Shown here one piece after another: positions 13,020 to 24,542 of a DNA stretch of 64,000 bases. This DNA is from Eledone cirrhosa (lineage: Eukaryota). Made by a program: the position numbers and the translations under genes. The notes under the pieces were generated by a model. The model was given only the letters and a program-made list of their open reading frames with translations, had not been told where the DNA came from and ran no database searches. The stretch lies in the NCBI GenBank assembly GCA_964016885.1, contig OZ024743.1, forward strand, positions 10,416,001 to 10,480,000. Direction: 5' to 3'. Within the stretch, counting starts at the first letter, position 1. Each line of letters opens with the position of its first letter.

Positions 13020-13420
13020 ATTGTCTATACATGTAAAGGGTGGATTGTATGGTGTTTGTGTATATAAAATTATGTTGGGTGTGTAATATTAGTGTGCATG
13101 AATGATGAAGCATAAATGAGTTGAGAGAAAAACTGGATGTAAGAACATTCAGATGTAAAGTGAAAGAGAGACGATTCTCTTGGTTTAGGTATGTAATATA
13201 CATGAATGAGGATCACTATGTGAAGAAATAACGTGAATTACAAGTGGAAGAAAGCCAAGGAAAAGGAAAACCAAGGGAAACACATACAAAATTAGGGTTA
13301 GTTAAATCTTCACAAAAGAGATGACGAAGAAAAGAGACAAGTAGAAGTATGTCGTATTGGAGGGGAGTTGTTTAATCCATGCCATTATGGAAAAATGAAG
13401 GTAGAAAAGAGATGGGGTTG
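13020..13420 (+). mobile_element. Old degraded RTE 3' remnant
   Basis: SINELREKLDVRTFRCKVKERRFSWFRYV resembles the RTE C-terminus of families A and B. Confidence 0.65.
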
Positions 13421-13959
13421 GTAATGACATATACATACATATAGGACGGGAATACTAAATTGTGTTAAAATCTAAAGGTGTAAAGTTCACAATACATAAA
13501 TGTAGAATAGATAATAAATTTTATTTTAGGCTGAAATTGTATACAATGTGACTTTTAGTTTCATGTTTTACTGATTTTTCAAGAAACGAATTCAATAAAT
13601 AAAGCAATTTTTCATGTATATATGGTATATACAACTATTGAATAAGCATGTTAACAATAGAAAACTATTTGATGCAGTCAGAACAGTATTATCTAAACAT
13701 TATTCTTTGTTGTTCATACAATGACAAAAGTAACACATTTTTATTCATATTATCTGAAGAAATGTTTGATTTAAAAAAAAAAAAACATGCACAATATATT
13801 ACAAAAGTATATATTTTGCAAACATTTACAAAAATGCATTTGGTAGTTATGGAGGAATTGATAGTGCGTATGACAATGTCAGGTCCCCTCAGACTAGGAG
13901 ATTGGTGTTTTGTTTAAACTGTTGTGAGACAACGCCTATAGGAATATATCATTAAGGAG

Positions 13960-14680
13960 GACCTTCCAGGCAGTTGACTTTTTCAACAGAAAAGATTAGG
14001 GATAGTGATCAATGTAGTTATGGAAGTAGGAAAGATAGGTGACTCAAGAGTGCCTGAGTGATGGTAGCAGAAAACCAGCCAGCATTGAAGAGCAGAATGG
14101 TAGAAGAGACAAAGACAGGAGACAGCATGCCAGTAAGACAGTAGCTGGAGTGTGTCTGTCAGTGGCCTTTCTGTGGATGTGGTCTTTAATGTATGTGTAG
14201 AACAGCAGTACCAACTCAGCACAGAACTCCATTGTGGGTTTCACTGGAGTTTTGTAGGGATTAGTAGTTGTTGAGGTTTGAAATCATTTCTAAAGAGAAG
14301 AGTCAGTCTTTGAAATGCAGCCCTAGCTATGTTAAGAATCTCTGTTTGACATGAGAGATTTACAGTGATTATAAGACCATGTATTTGGAGTGATCACAAG
14401 GGCTGCAGGCTGTTTATGAGCTGCTGAGATTGCAAATGATTAACACTTGAATGGAGGGGATATGAACGAATGGATGATGGTATCGTATAAGATGGCAAGT
14501 AATGTCATTTATGTAGAAAAAGAAGAATGTGAAGGACTAAACTGAATCTTGGGTACACAAAATTTTAATGAAAGGGAGAAGGGAAAAATGAGGGAGAAAG
14601 AGCAATGCCAGTACACGATGTGATAGTAGAACCTGATAGGAAGCTTGTGATCCATGAGATGAGAAACAGATAAAGCCTAA
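13960..14680 (-). mobile_element. Ancient CR1/L2-group LINE RT C-terminal remnant
   Basis: Degraded motifs HAVSCLCLFY (compare R..ASL.LFY) and VITPNTWSYNH (compare I..DLSW..H), with many stops. Confidence 0.4.
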
Positions 14681-15232
14681 GAGCAAGCAGTTTTCATTCA
14701 AATAAAAATATTTTATTAAAATTTATGATAACAAAATGACATCAATTCCGAATATTTGTTCAAGATGGAATTGTTATGAAGCAGAGAACTCATTTTTTCT
14801 GAAAAGCAAAGTCATAACGATTGTTACAATGTTTATAAGGTGTAGTATGTTACAATTTATTCCAGAAAATTCCAACATGGCTGATTAATTACAAACACTC
14901 TATCCTCCTGAAACCATGTTCTCATTTTCTTTTTCTTTTTTATACTTGTCTATCTTTCTAGTTCTCTTTCTTTCTCATTCTATTTTCTAATGCAGGGAAT
15001 AAGGTCTGAAATACTGAGTCTCTTTTCCTATTATAGCAAATGTTAAACTAATATATATTATCATTGTACAGTATTGTTCTCCCATGTTGGTTTTCTTTGT
15101 TGATTTTTCTTATATATATAGCCTTCATGGTGGTCTGGTGGGAGATACCAGAGATGGTGGAGGTCCTGGTTTGGGGTTCAATCCTGGTCAGGAGATACGC
15201 AAAGGGGTTCATACTAAACTTCAGTTTTCTTA

Positions 15233-15375
15233 GGAGGCACATGGCTTAGTGGTTAGAGCATTGGCCTTGTAATCGAAGGTTGTGAGTTCAATTCTTAGAC
15301 CGGGTGATGTGTTGTTTCCTTGAGCAAGACACTTTATTTCACATTGCTCCAGTTTACTCAGCTGTAGAAATGAGA
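15233..15375 (+). mobile_element. tRNA-derived SINE (Meta-SINE-like), partial
   Basis: A box TGGCTTAGTGG, B box GAGTTCAATTC, then CCTTGAGCAAGACACTTTATTTCACATTGCTCCAG. Related copies at about 20500-20680 (-) and 40855-41130 (+). Confidence 0.75.
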
Positions 15376-15402
15376 TGATAGGGACTGGGGTCCCTATCAT
15401 TC

Positions 15403-15578
15403 CACTGCAAAGTGGACGTGTAGGTGCCATGGCAAAAAAGCACCCAGCACTCACTATAAATGAGGTTGGTGTTAGGAAGGGCATCCAGCTGTAGAAATCA
15501 AGCCAGAATCAGTTCCCGTCCCACCCTTGCAAGCAGGGAAAAGCGGACGTAAAATGAAATGATGATGATGATGATGAT
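15403..15578 (+). mobile_element. RTE family B-like 3'UTR fragment
   Basis: AAAGTGGACGTGTAGG..GGAAGGGCATCCAGCTGTAGAAA..(GAT)n. Confidence 0.75.
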
Positions 15579-15591
15579 ATATATATTTTTA

Positions 15592-15624
<33 letters not shown>

Positions 15625-15625
15625 G

Positions 15626-15761
15626 TAGGAAAAGAGTCAGGACCCCTACGGCTGAGCTCCGGCCATCTTGACAGCTAGATTTGAACTAGATCCGAACTTA
15701 GTTTGGATCTAGCTGTCGAAACGGCCGGAGCTCAGCCATCAGGGTCCTGAGTCTTTTCCTA
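15626..15761. repeat. 136-bp near-perfect palindrome (fold-back)
   Basis: TAGGAAAAGAGTCAGGACCC..GGCTGAGCTCCGGCC..GACAGCTAGAT pairs with ATCTAGCTGTC..GGCCGGAGCTCAGCC..GGGTCCTGAGTCTTTTCCTA. Confidence 0.9.
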
Positions 15762-15854
15762 TTACCCACTCTACTACCCTAAATATCGAGTACTCTGGTG
15801 CGTTATGGTCCACCTGGTTTCTTACCATACTTTCTTTGTTATATATATATATAT

Positions 15855-16808
15855 CATCATCTTCGTTTAACATCCATTTTCCATGCTAGCATGTTGCACA
15901 GTAATGAGACCTGGGCACTGTGTGCAGAGGACCTGTGAAGATTGGAAAGAAATGAAGCCTCCATGCTTCGATGGATGTGCAACAGTAATATACATTTGCA
16001 AATGCAAACAGCAAGGCATAAATGAACTGCGAGAGAAATTAGGCATAAGAGGGATGAGATACAGTGTGCAGGAGGGGAGATTGCATTGGTATGGACATGT
16101 CATGTGTAAGAAAGATGAAAGCTGCATAAAAAGGTGCAGAGCACATAAAGTTGACAGAAGTTATGGAGTGGGTAGGCTTAAAAAAACTTGGGATGAGGTG
16201 ATAAAAGCTGAACTTGTACAATTACACCTCTCAAAGGCAATGGCACAGGACCATGATCTCTGGCGCTATGCAGTAATAGAGAAGACGCCCCCTCCCCTCA
16301 TATGCAGGAACTGAGGCATACATCTAGTATGCACCACCTTCTCTCCCATCACCCCTCCCATAAACCTCCATCACTGTAATCACCGCAACCCTATATCTAC
16401 CTCCTCAATTCCCCATGCATCTCCCCCACCCAAGTCTCCAATCCACACCATAAAGTGGTCATCCTAAAGCCACCACAAAAAGTGCCCAGTCCACCCTGTG
16501 AAAGTGGTTGTGTAGGTGTCACAACAAAAAGCACCCAATCCACACTGTAAAGCAGTCCTGTAGGAGTCATAATAAAAAGTGCCCTGCTAACACTGTTAAG
16601 TAGTCGTGTAGGTGTCATAACAAAAAAGCACCCAGTACACATAGTAAATGCGGTTGCTGTTAGGAAGGGCATCCAGCCATAGAAACCAAGCCAAGATCAG
16701 TTCTGTGTGAGCAAAAGACTATCCTCCAGCCTGGATATCTCACAATGAAACAGCATGTCCTATCCATGCTAGCATGGAAAATGGACATTAAATGACGATG
16801 ATGATGAT
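15855..16808 (+). mobile_element. Older RTE 3' portion with an inverted tail segment at its 5' side
   Basis: INELREKLGIRG..RLHWYGHV..KKTWDEV, then a 3'UTR with repeats of about 48 bp and a (GAT)n tail at 16797-16808. 15855-15893 is an inverted tail. Confidence 0.85.
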
Positions 16809-16989
16809 ATATATATATATTAGTGAAAGTAGAGAATCTATTGTGAGCTCACCAGTTTCAGCTAGTTACCTCAGAGCTCGTGGTAGACCCTCTAATTTCA
16901 TTAATATACTCGCTCTGCATCTTACCATGTATTGAGCACTTCTTTAATTTATGGTCTTCCCAAACCTAATCCACAGACTATGAATAAAT

Positions 16990-17389
16990 ATGTGTGTGTA
17001 TGTGTGTATGTGTGTGTAAAATTGCATGTGTGCATGTGTGCGTGTGTGTGAGTGTGTGTGTATATATGTGTATGTGTGTGTATATATGTAATATATGTGG
17101 AAATTATGAGCAAAATGAGGTCACTCCAGGCTGGCTAATCTCAAATACTTATATTACATCTATATATATACCTATATATATTCACCTGTATGTGTGCATG
17201 TAATGAAACATATATGGTGAGATGCAAACTATGTTTGCATCCAATAATACAACTACATGTGTACTATATGAGTGCATGAATATCATTGTAAATATGCAAT
17301 CAAACACACATATACATACATGAGTATGTGCAGATATATATGTGTGTATGTGTGTGTATGTGAGTGCATGTGTGCGTATATATATATGC

Positions 17390-17460
<71 letters not shown>

Positions 17461-17582
17461 TATATACATATATACATATATGCATATATACACACATATA
17501 CATAAATACATACACACATATAAAAAGAGAGAGATAGTGTTTGTCTTTTAGCCCTGCACTCCCACAATTACACACACACACA
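16990..17582. repeat. (TG)n/(TA)n/(CA)n compound microsatellites
   Basis: Direct reading. Confidence 0.9.
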
Positions 17583-18829
17583 TATCCTACAGAAATGTAG
17601 GCTTATAGTCTGAATATTTTCATGTAATTATAGGCTTTCATATCTATTAAATCTTTTCTATCGAAGAAATTATAAAAAAAAAATTATATTTGATGGAGAG
17701 ACATTTGTGAATAGTTTTTAAATTATTATCTCTCTATATATTTGTTATGTAAGACTCCATATATTTATATAATCTCCTTTTTATATCATCTTATCCGTTC
17801 GTTCGTATTATAGTCCAAACTTCTCTCAGCTGCCAACTGTACTTAAACAATCAACAAACCTTCTGCCAACTTATCACAGAGGTTGTAACCTTGGCTTTTC
17901 CAAACTGATAAAAACAAGGCAAAATATTTGAATCGACACAGCTGAATACAAAAATAGTTATTATCAGAGAAATCAAAACTTATCTAAATTCTAATCATAA
18001 AACTTACATCGACTATTTTACTGAAGTTTCTATCTGAATATACTGAAAATTATTGATCCAGCATTTCACTTCCTTTCGTTATTGATCAAGCATTGAAATT
18101 CTGCCGACTTGATATAGATTCAAAACAAAATGTCTCTAACCAATCACAATCAGTTTTAGTTGGTCTCTAGCCAGTGGGCAGCTTCTTGTAAACAACTTGG
18201 GTATGGCTTCTAATGTTGTTTCATCGCAGACTGTACCAAACATTAATAGACTTCCTTTCATTCTACATTGAAGCGTTTTCAAAAGCTGCTTATTATATCT
18301 AGCCTACAAGCCAGAGAGCTCATCTAAAATCAGGAAACATAATTGTTTGTCTTATATTCCACAAACCTGCCATTCTATCTTTTCTTTACCTAAATTAAGT
18401 GAGCTCAAAATTTATCCTGCCATTAACATCCAAAATAGAAAAACCGTTTCAATAATTTGATGTGAGATTACTATACATTTACATTATGCCACGCATTTGC
18501 ATATATGCATACATATAAATATACACATGTACATAGACTCATGCATAAATGATTAAAAATATCAATACAACCATAGATACATGCATATATACATACATAA
18601 ATACATATATAATTGTAAGGCAATCACAGCTAATCATATTTAATTTAACTAACTTTCTAACACACACATGGGTATATATGTGCGTGTGTATGTATGTGTG
18701 CATCTGTCTATCCCCATATATATTGACATATATTTATTTATATTTTACTTTTAATTTGCACTGTGGGACATTCGCATCATCATTAGTTGACTAGAGATCA
18801 CAACTATTTAAACACCTCTTGACAGTAAT

Positions 18830-19560
18830 GTGTCCTGCTGTAGTATTCATAGTAGTGTGAAAATGCAGATAAAATTCACTGTTATGCAGATAGCAACAAC
18901 TTGAAATGCTTCTATAACACATTTGAGTAGATGCCATCAACAATCACAGTCAAAGATCAGATTCTACTGACTGTGGACATGTTGACATACATTGGCAACA
19001 CTCTCTCAAATATCATTCGCATCAGTAACAAAGTTAACAGTTAAATTGCCAAAGCCAACATCACATGTGATAAACTTTACATAAATATTTGGCTAAGGAA
19101 GTGTTTCAATATCCAAAGTAAGTTTAAAAGGTCTACAGCGCCATTGTTCTGTCAAATTTGTTGTATACTAGTAAAACATGGTCTGTATACAGCAGATGCG
19201 TGATGATTTGTAAGAGATTTCATCTGAATTGCTTATGCAAAATACTGCACATTTATTGACAGGATGAACTCTGACTCAGAGACCATCGGCACCTCTGCTG
19301 CTTCTGATAGGGAAAGACTTCAGAACAGAGATGATGTCCTGCTTGAAGGCTACGTAAAGCATTTGAGTGTAAGGTGGGTGTATGAGTCTGAGGTTTACAT
19401 GTGGCTTGGGATGTTTAAGCGAAAGTGCAATCAATACCTCATTGGGAAGGGGATGGTAAAGGATGGTGTTGTCAGAATGACTGCTCTGATGGCAACCAAG
19501 ACATCACCTTTGAAGAGTTTGACGTTTACCCAGTCATGTAAATGATTATACTTCAAACAT
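18830..19560 (+). mobile_element. Ancient RTE/BovB-type RT C-terminal remnant
   Basis: KVYSAIVLSNLLYTSKTW and RFHLNCLCKILHIY*QD (compare KVY.A.V...LLY..ETW and RFH..CLR.IL.I.WQD). Confidence 0.6.
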
Positions 19561-22049
19561 CAAATGAATCTCTTTAAATTTCTCTGAATATGTCTGACTG
19601 TCTATAAATATGACTATATTTTCTCTGCAATTATCTTGTCTCTCAGTTTACCAAAAGGAATTAAATCAAAAAGATGTTTTTTGACATTTCTTTCAGAATT
19701 ATTCTTTTGCATGTATAAATTTAAAAATATATATTTGAAATATTTACATATAATATCAAGCATATCAAATGGAAGGGGAATTTTAAATGCAATTCTACCT
19801 AGAGAGATTTAAACATGTAAAATATAGTGATGTGGAGCAGTATTTTGGAGGAATGAAGAAAACAGTTATTTTGCTTTTCTCGAATTGGAGGAAAATGCTC
19901 TAAACTAAGATGTCTACAGAATCATATATTTTACACTGTGCTTTTTAAAAGTAAAGTTATATATAGAAGGAAAGATAAAGTAATACCACTGTTAATCTAA
20001 TAAATATACGCAATATGCACCCAGTACACTTTGTAAGTGATAGTGATGGTGCCCCAATAAAATGTACCCTCTGTAAGATAGTTAATGGTAGAAAATGCAT
20101 TTAGCTGTAGAAACCATACCAAAAAGGGAACATATGAGCAAGACGCTGTCCCTGATCCATCTAGTTTCAGGCTGTGACAACACATCCAACCCATGCCAGC
20201 ATGGAAAATAAACATAAAATGATGATGATGAATGTCTTGTAAGATATATGATTATTGGGGAAGAGTAGATGGAAATTATTTCACATTCCCTTCTCTGAAA
20301 TATAAAATACCTCCATTGAGTTAGATGGCATCTGATCTTTGTGGAAATAAAACATCTAGAAAATTTTCAGTGTAGAATATACTATAGTAGCCCTCTGTAA
20401 TCTTCTTTTAATCAGTTGAATACTTAACCTTTTAGCATTAAAAGCGGCTGTATCCGGCCAGAATTCCACAGATACATGGACTCATAATGTAGTTCTCAGG
20501 AAGGGTAATTTAACATGACAAAAAATGGGACATGGTTGGCCCTTTGAATTATAGCTACAACTCATTTTCTTCTAGCTGGAGCAATGGAAAGAAGTGTCCT
20601 ATTCAAGGACATAATGTATTGTCAGAAATCGAACGCATCACCTTATAAAATGTGAGCTGAACACCCTAACCACTAAACCTACTGTATGTGCAGTGGCAAT
20701 GGCATGGTATGAACCATCAAAATATCATTTGATAGTTTAACAGCTAAACGACTTAACCCTTACTAACTTTTGTCAGAAATATAATTAGAATTTAATGTTA
20801 AAACTTAATTCAATATTACAACGTCAAATTTGTTAACTCAGTGACTGAAAATTACACAAATATTGAATTGTTCTCTACAGAAATATTCTCCGGGAACCTT
20901 AGTCTGGCTTCTGATGGAAAAAGATAATAGCCACGTTTTCAAATGAGTGTTACAAAACATTTATAGCAAGTGCATTATTATAACAATGGAAGATTACAAC
21001 CTATAGCATTAAGATCACAGTAAAATTTATTTCATTGCCTCTTGCCTTCTTTAATGATAACTCTACATAGCAATGATCATAAATTTACAATTTTCATATA
21101 TCCTTAATATTTTTCAAGTGTGTTATTTAAGATGTTGCTACATTATAACATATAATTACACTAGTAACAATATGCTAAACTGATATTTAAAAACTTAGGT
21201 AAAATAATGTATTTATGATAGTGACTGTTTACTAGATTAATTCTTTTTTTAATATAATATTATTTTTCAAATTGATTCTTTCAGAAATATATGTTTGTAT
21301 TATGGTGCAGAGAAAATTGACATGCATTACATATATAAAGTAATGATATGTTGGTGTGATTATATATATTCAGTGTAAGAAGATGCACTGTTACAGTTCT
21401 TTATGTTGTATGTGAACATGCATCTGTGAATGTGTAATGATATATAAAACATTGATAAAACACCACATCTGATATCAGTTCATGACTATTAGTTATATTA
21501 TTACCTCTGGGGGAAGTAGAAATACAAAACTAACCCCAGTAAAAGTCAAACTTACAGCATACATGAATGGAACTGTTGTATTTTATGGTGTCTAAGACAC
21601 ACCATTTTACCCCGAAATTGAATGTAAAAATGTATGTCCATCCTACATATTAATTGCATGAAAAGAATAATGATGATTTTTTTATTTACCAGAAGGGTTT
21701 ATGAGAAGATGAAGCACAATACAGGCTGATACAGAGTGATGGATTTACATGAAAACTTATAAAACAAAAGAAATAACAAAAACAAAGATAAAAGGGTAAC
21801 AATAAAATCAAAGAAAGGACATTCCCCAATACGGATGAGACTTCTGGGCAATACTTTAGAAAAAACCCATAAAAAGCCATAGTCACCTTCTAGTTTTCCT
21901 TTACCAATCAATGGGTACATACTCTGTGCAGTCCCGTACACTCGGAGCAGGCTCACCACTCATATCCAGAAATTTCAACAAATTTACTGGAAGGTAGCAC
22001 ATCTATTTACACCCTCAAGTTCTTTCACAAGAGAAATCATTATTCAGTA

Positions 22050-22360
22050 TCAGTAGAGCATTAGGCGACATGCTTTGCAGCTATAGTTATGGCTCTTTAC
22101 ATTCTGAGTTCAAATCCTGCTGAGGTTAGCTTAGGATTTGAACTCAGAATAATAATAATAATAGTAATAATAATAATAACAATAATTGTTTCTGATTCAG
22201 GACAAGGCCAACAATTTTTGGGGAGGGGAAAGTAGACCCCAGTGCGTTACTGGTATTTTATTTTATCTACCCTATAAGGATGAAAGGCAAAGCTAACCTC
22301 AGGGAGATTTGAACTCAGAATATAAAAAGCCATATTTATATGCCACAAAGCACGTTGTTC
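22050..22360. mobile_element. Two tRNA-derived Nin/Deu-domain SINE pieces (plus-strand head, then minus-strand body with (AAT)n tail)
   Basis: B box GAGTTCAAATCC at 22106. The minus-strand copy contains GCCTTTCATCCTTATAGGGTAGATAAAATAAAATACCAG, and (AAT)n is at 22148-22185. Confidence 0.7.
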
Positions 22361-23098
22361 GTGATTTGACTGTCCTATGAATGTATAAATTAAGACCTAT
22401 CAAAATTGAGCAAATACAAAGTTCTTGAAACAGAAATTGATAAACTGTGTAAACTCAAGACTAGAACAATACATATGGTTGTAGATGCCTTAGGGATAAT
22501 AGAAAATGGGGCTGATTATTATCTATCTCAAATGCTAGGAAATTCTGAATTTGAAGAAATTCAGAAAATTGTACTAGTGGAGACTGTTCATTTCCTACAA
22601 AAACTGCTATGTAACTCCAAAACAATTTTTTTTCACATAATTATCAATAGCAATTTTAAATGTATATAATAATAAATACCTTTTATCATTATTTCAATTT
22701 TATACTATAATAATAGCACAAAACAACTATCTGGAAAACCTGTCAGATAGTCCTATCTTGCCTCAAGTGGGACAATTCCCATCTAACAAATGCTAGCTTG
22801 GAAGATAGACGTTAAACAATGATGATGATGAAACAACTTTTTTTAACCAAACTTATCATTTTCATATGTTTAAAAATACAATTTCTAGAACAATACTTCT
22901 TTCAATTAAAACACAAATTCCTATCAGCCAACTATATTCTTCCCCTAAAACATGGCAATTATCAACCATCCTTGTCGTAATGCCCACTTGAAATTATAAC
23001 TTACCTCTTGAGGTCTCTTGGTGAGACTTGGAGTTAGCTCATACAACAAACACAAAGCAAAACCTAAATATCAAAATAAAAATAATAATAATAATAAT
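22360..23098 (+). mobile_element. R4/Dong-like RLE LINE 3' remnant ending in (TAA)n, interrupted by a short RTE tail (about 22730-22831)
   Basis: KLSKYKVLETEIDKL.K.KT..I.MVVDALG..EIQKIVLVETVHFLQKLL matches the R4-clade C-terminus. The putative 3'UTR ends in AATAATAAT. Confidence 0.65.
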
Positions 23099-23259
23099 TG
23101 TTTCTACTTTTGGCACAAGGCCAGCAATTACCCCAGTGTATTACTGGTACTTTATTTTATCGACCCCGTAAAGATGAAAGGCAAAGTTAACCTCAGCGGG
23201 ATTTGAACTCAGACCATAAAGAGCCATCTGAGTTCAAATCCCGCCGAGGTTAACTTTGC
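23082..23259 (-). mobile_element. Nin/Deu-domain tRNA SINE with 33-bp fold-back at the truncated head
   Basis: Homologous to 36061-36245. 23181-23213 is the inverse of 23227-23259. Confidence 0.8.
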
Positions 23260-23262
23260 TAA

Positions 23263-23741
23263 TCTTAACTATAACAAAGAAAGGAGTGCGGGAATGCATC
23301 CAGAATATATTCTTTTACCCCGTTTGTAAAATAAGTTGGATTACTTTGAATAAATAATTAATGAATATTACATAATTTATCTACTAAATTTCGTGGCTGT
23401 TGATTAAATATATTTTATAGCTTATTCAAAGATTCACTTCTTTAAAATTGTGAAATGTCAACACTTCCGGTTAGCGGCCGTTATATTATAACACTTATAA
23501 TCGCATATATTTCCGTCACTAATTTTCTCCTAATGCAGTTTATATATAATATCAGCTTTTTTTTTATGTATCAAGGATTACATTACTGATTACAGAAGAC
23601 AGTGTAACACAGTCTTCATTCAATTTCTGTGTATATTGTCAATTACGATTTTATTTACATGCATATATATTTGTGTATAATATCAATATACACACCACAC
23701 ATGCTAGCAGAAAACCATCCGAAGGGTGGTTTTTGTGCTAG
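23263..23741 (+). mobile_element. Non-autonomous Helitron (479 bp)
   Basis: Starts A|TCTTAACTATAA, has the subterminal hairpin AAAACCATCC-GAA-GGGTGGTTTT (23711-23733), ends CTAG|T, and has no TSD. Confidence 0.75.
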
Positions 23742-23917
23742 TAATAATAATAATTGTTTCTACTTTTTGGCACAAGGCCAGTAATTACCCAGTGTATTAT
23801 TGGTACTTTATTTTATCGACCCCGTAAGGATGAAAGGCAAAGTTAACCTCAGACTGTCAAGGGCCGTAACTCTATGCTGCAAAGCATGGCGTCCGACCCT
23901 CTACCGGTACTGCCAAT
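23742..23917 (-). mobile_element. Nin/Deu-domain tRNA SINE with internal deletion of the B-box region
   Basis: Homologous to 36061-36245. A box TGGCAGTACCGG on the minus strand. Confidence 0.8.
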
Positions 23918-24325
23918 AATAAGAATGGTGATTATTTATGTATACTGTATACATGTCATGTGTAAGTATAGCTGTACATTTAAGTAGGCATGCATAGTTT
24001 AATTTATTTTCAGATTCAATTAATATCAATATCAATATTTACATTATTCTCTAATTCTTAAAAAAACACAAACAATGAATTATTGTTAAGAGACCTTGAT
24101 AAAAGCATTTGTAAATATTCAATAATTGCTGTTCAATGCAGCACAAAATAATTCTCTTTGTGATTGAATTTTTGTTCAATAATTAAAAAAATATTACTAC
24201 TGAAACTTTTTCAACAAACTTTTTCTTCAAGATTTGAGTTAAAATCTTTGGAGTTATCTCACTTGTACTTTCTGAGAAGAGTTTTCAATAATGCTATAGC
24301 CATTTCTTCTTTTTATGGTTTGGAT

Positions 24326-24542
24326 ATGTAGGCGCCACAGAAAAAAGCATCCATCACTCACTGTAAATGAGGTTGGTGTTAGGAAGGGCATCCAGCTGTA
24401 GAAATCAAGCCACAATCAGTTCCTGTATGAGTAAGACAAGGTCAGCTGACCGGATGCTGCCTACAACAGGACAACCCGTCTAACCCATGCTAGCATGGAA
24501 GAACGGACATAAAAGGGTTATGATGATGATGATGATGATGAT
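24326..24542 (+). mobile_element. RTE family B 3'UTR fragment
   Basis: Homologous to 10705-10918, with a (GAT)n tail. Confidence 0.85.

Noticed and set aside
15233-15305. tRNA gene
   Set aside because: A and B boxes are present, but there is no proper acceptor stem and the sequence continues into a repeated SINE body.
16837-16887. Hairpin with minus-strand CTGAGGT..GAAACTGGTG hammerhead-like core
   Set aside because: A9 is replaced, the triplet is GUG (not NUH), and outer stem I is mismatched on that strand.
10360-17581. ORFs rich in YI, CV or HT dipeptides (also 47962-48558)
   Set aside because: They are translations of (TA)n, (TG)n and (CA)n microsatellites.
21686-21990. ORFs of 66-86 aa and a possible exon
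   Set aside because: No recognisable domain, and plus-strand frames after the candidate acceptor all hit stops.
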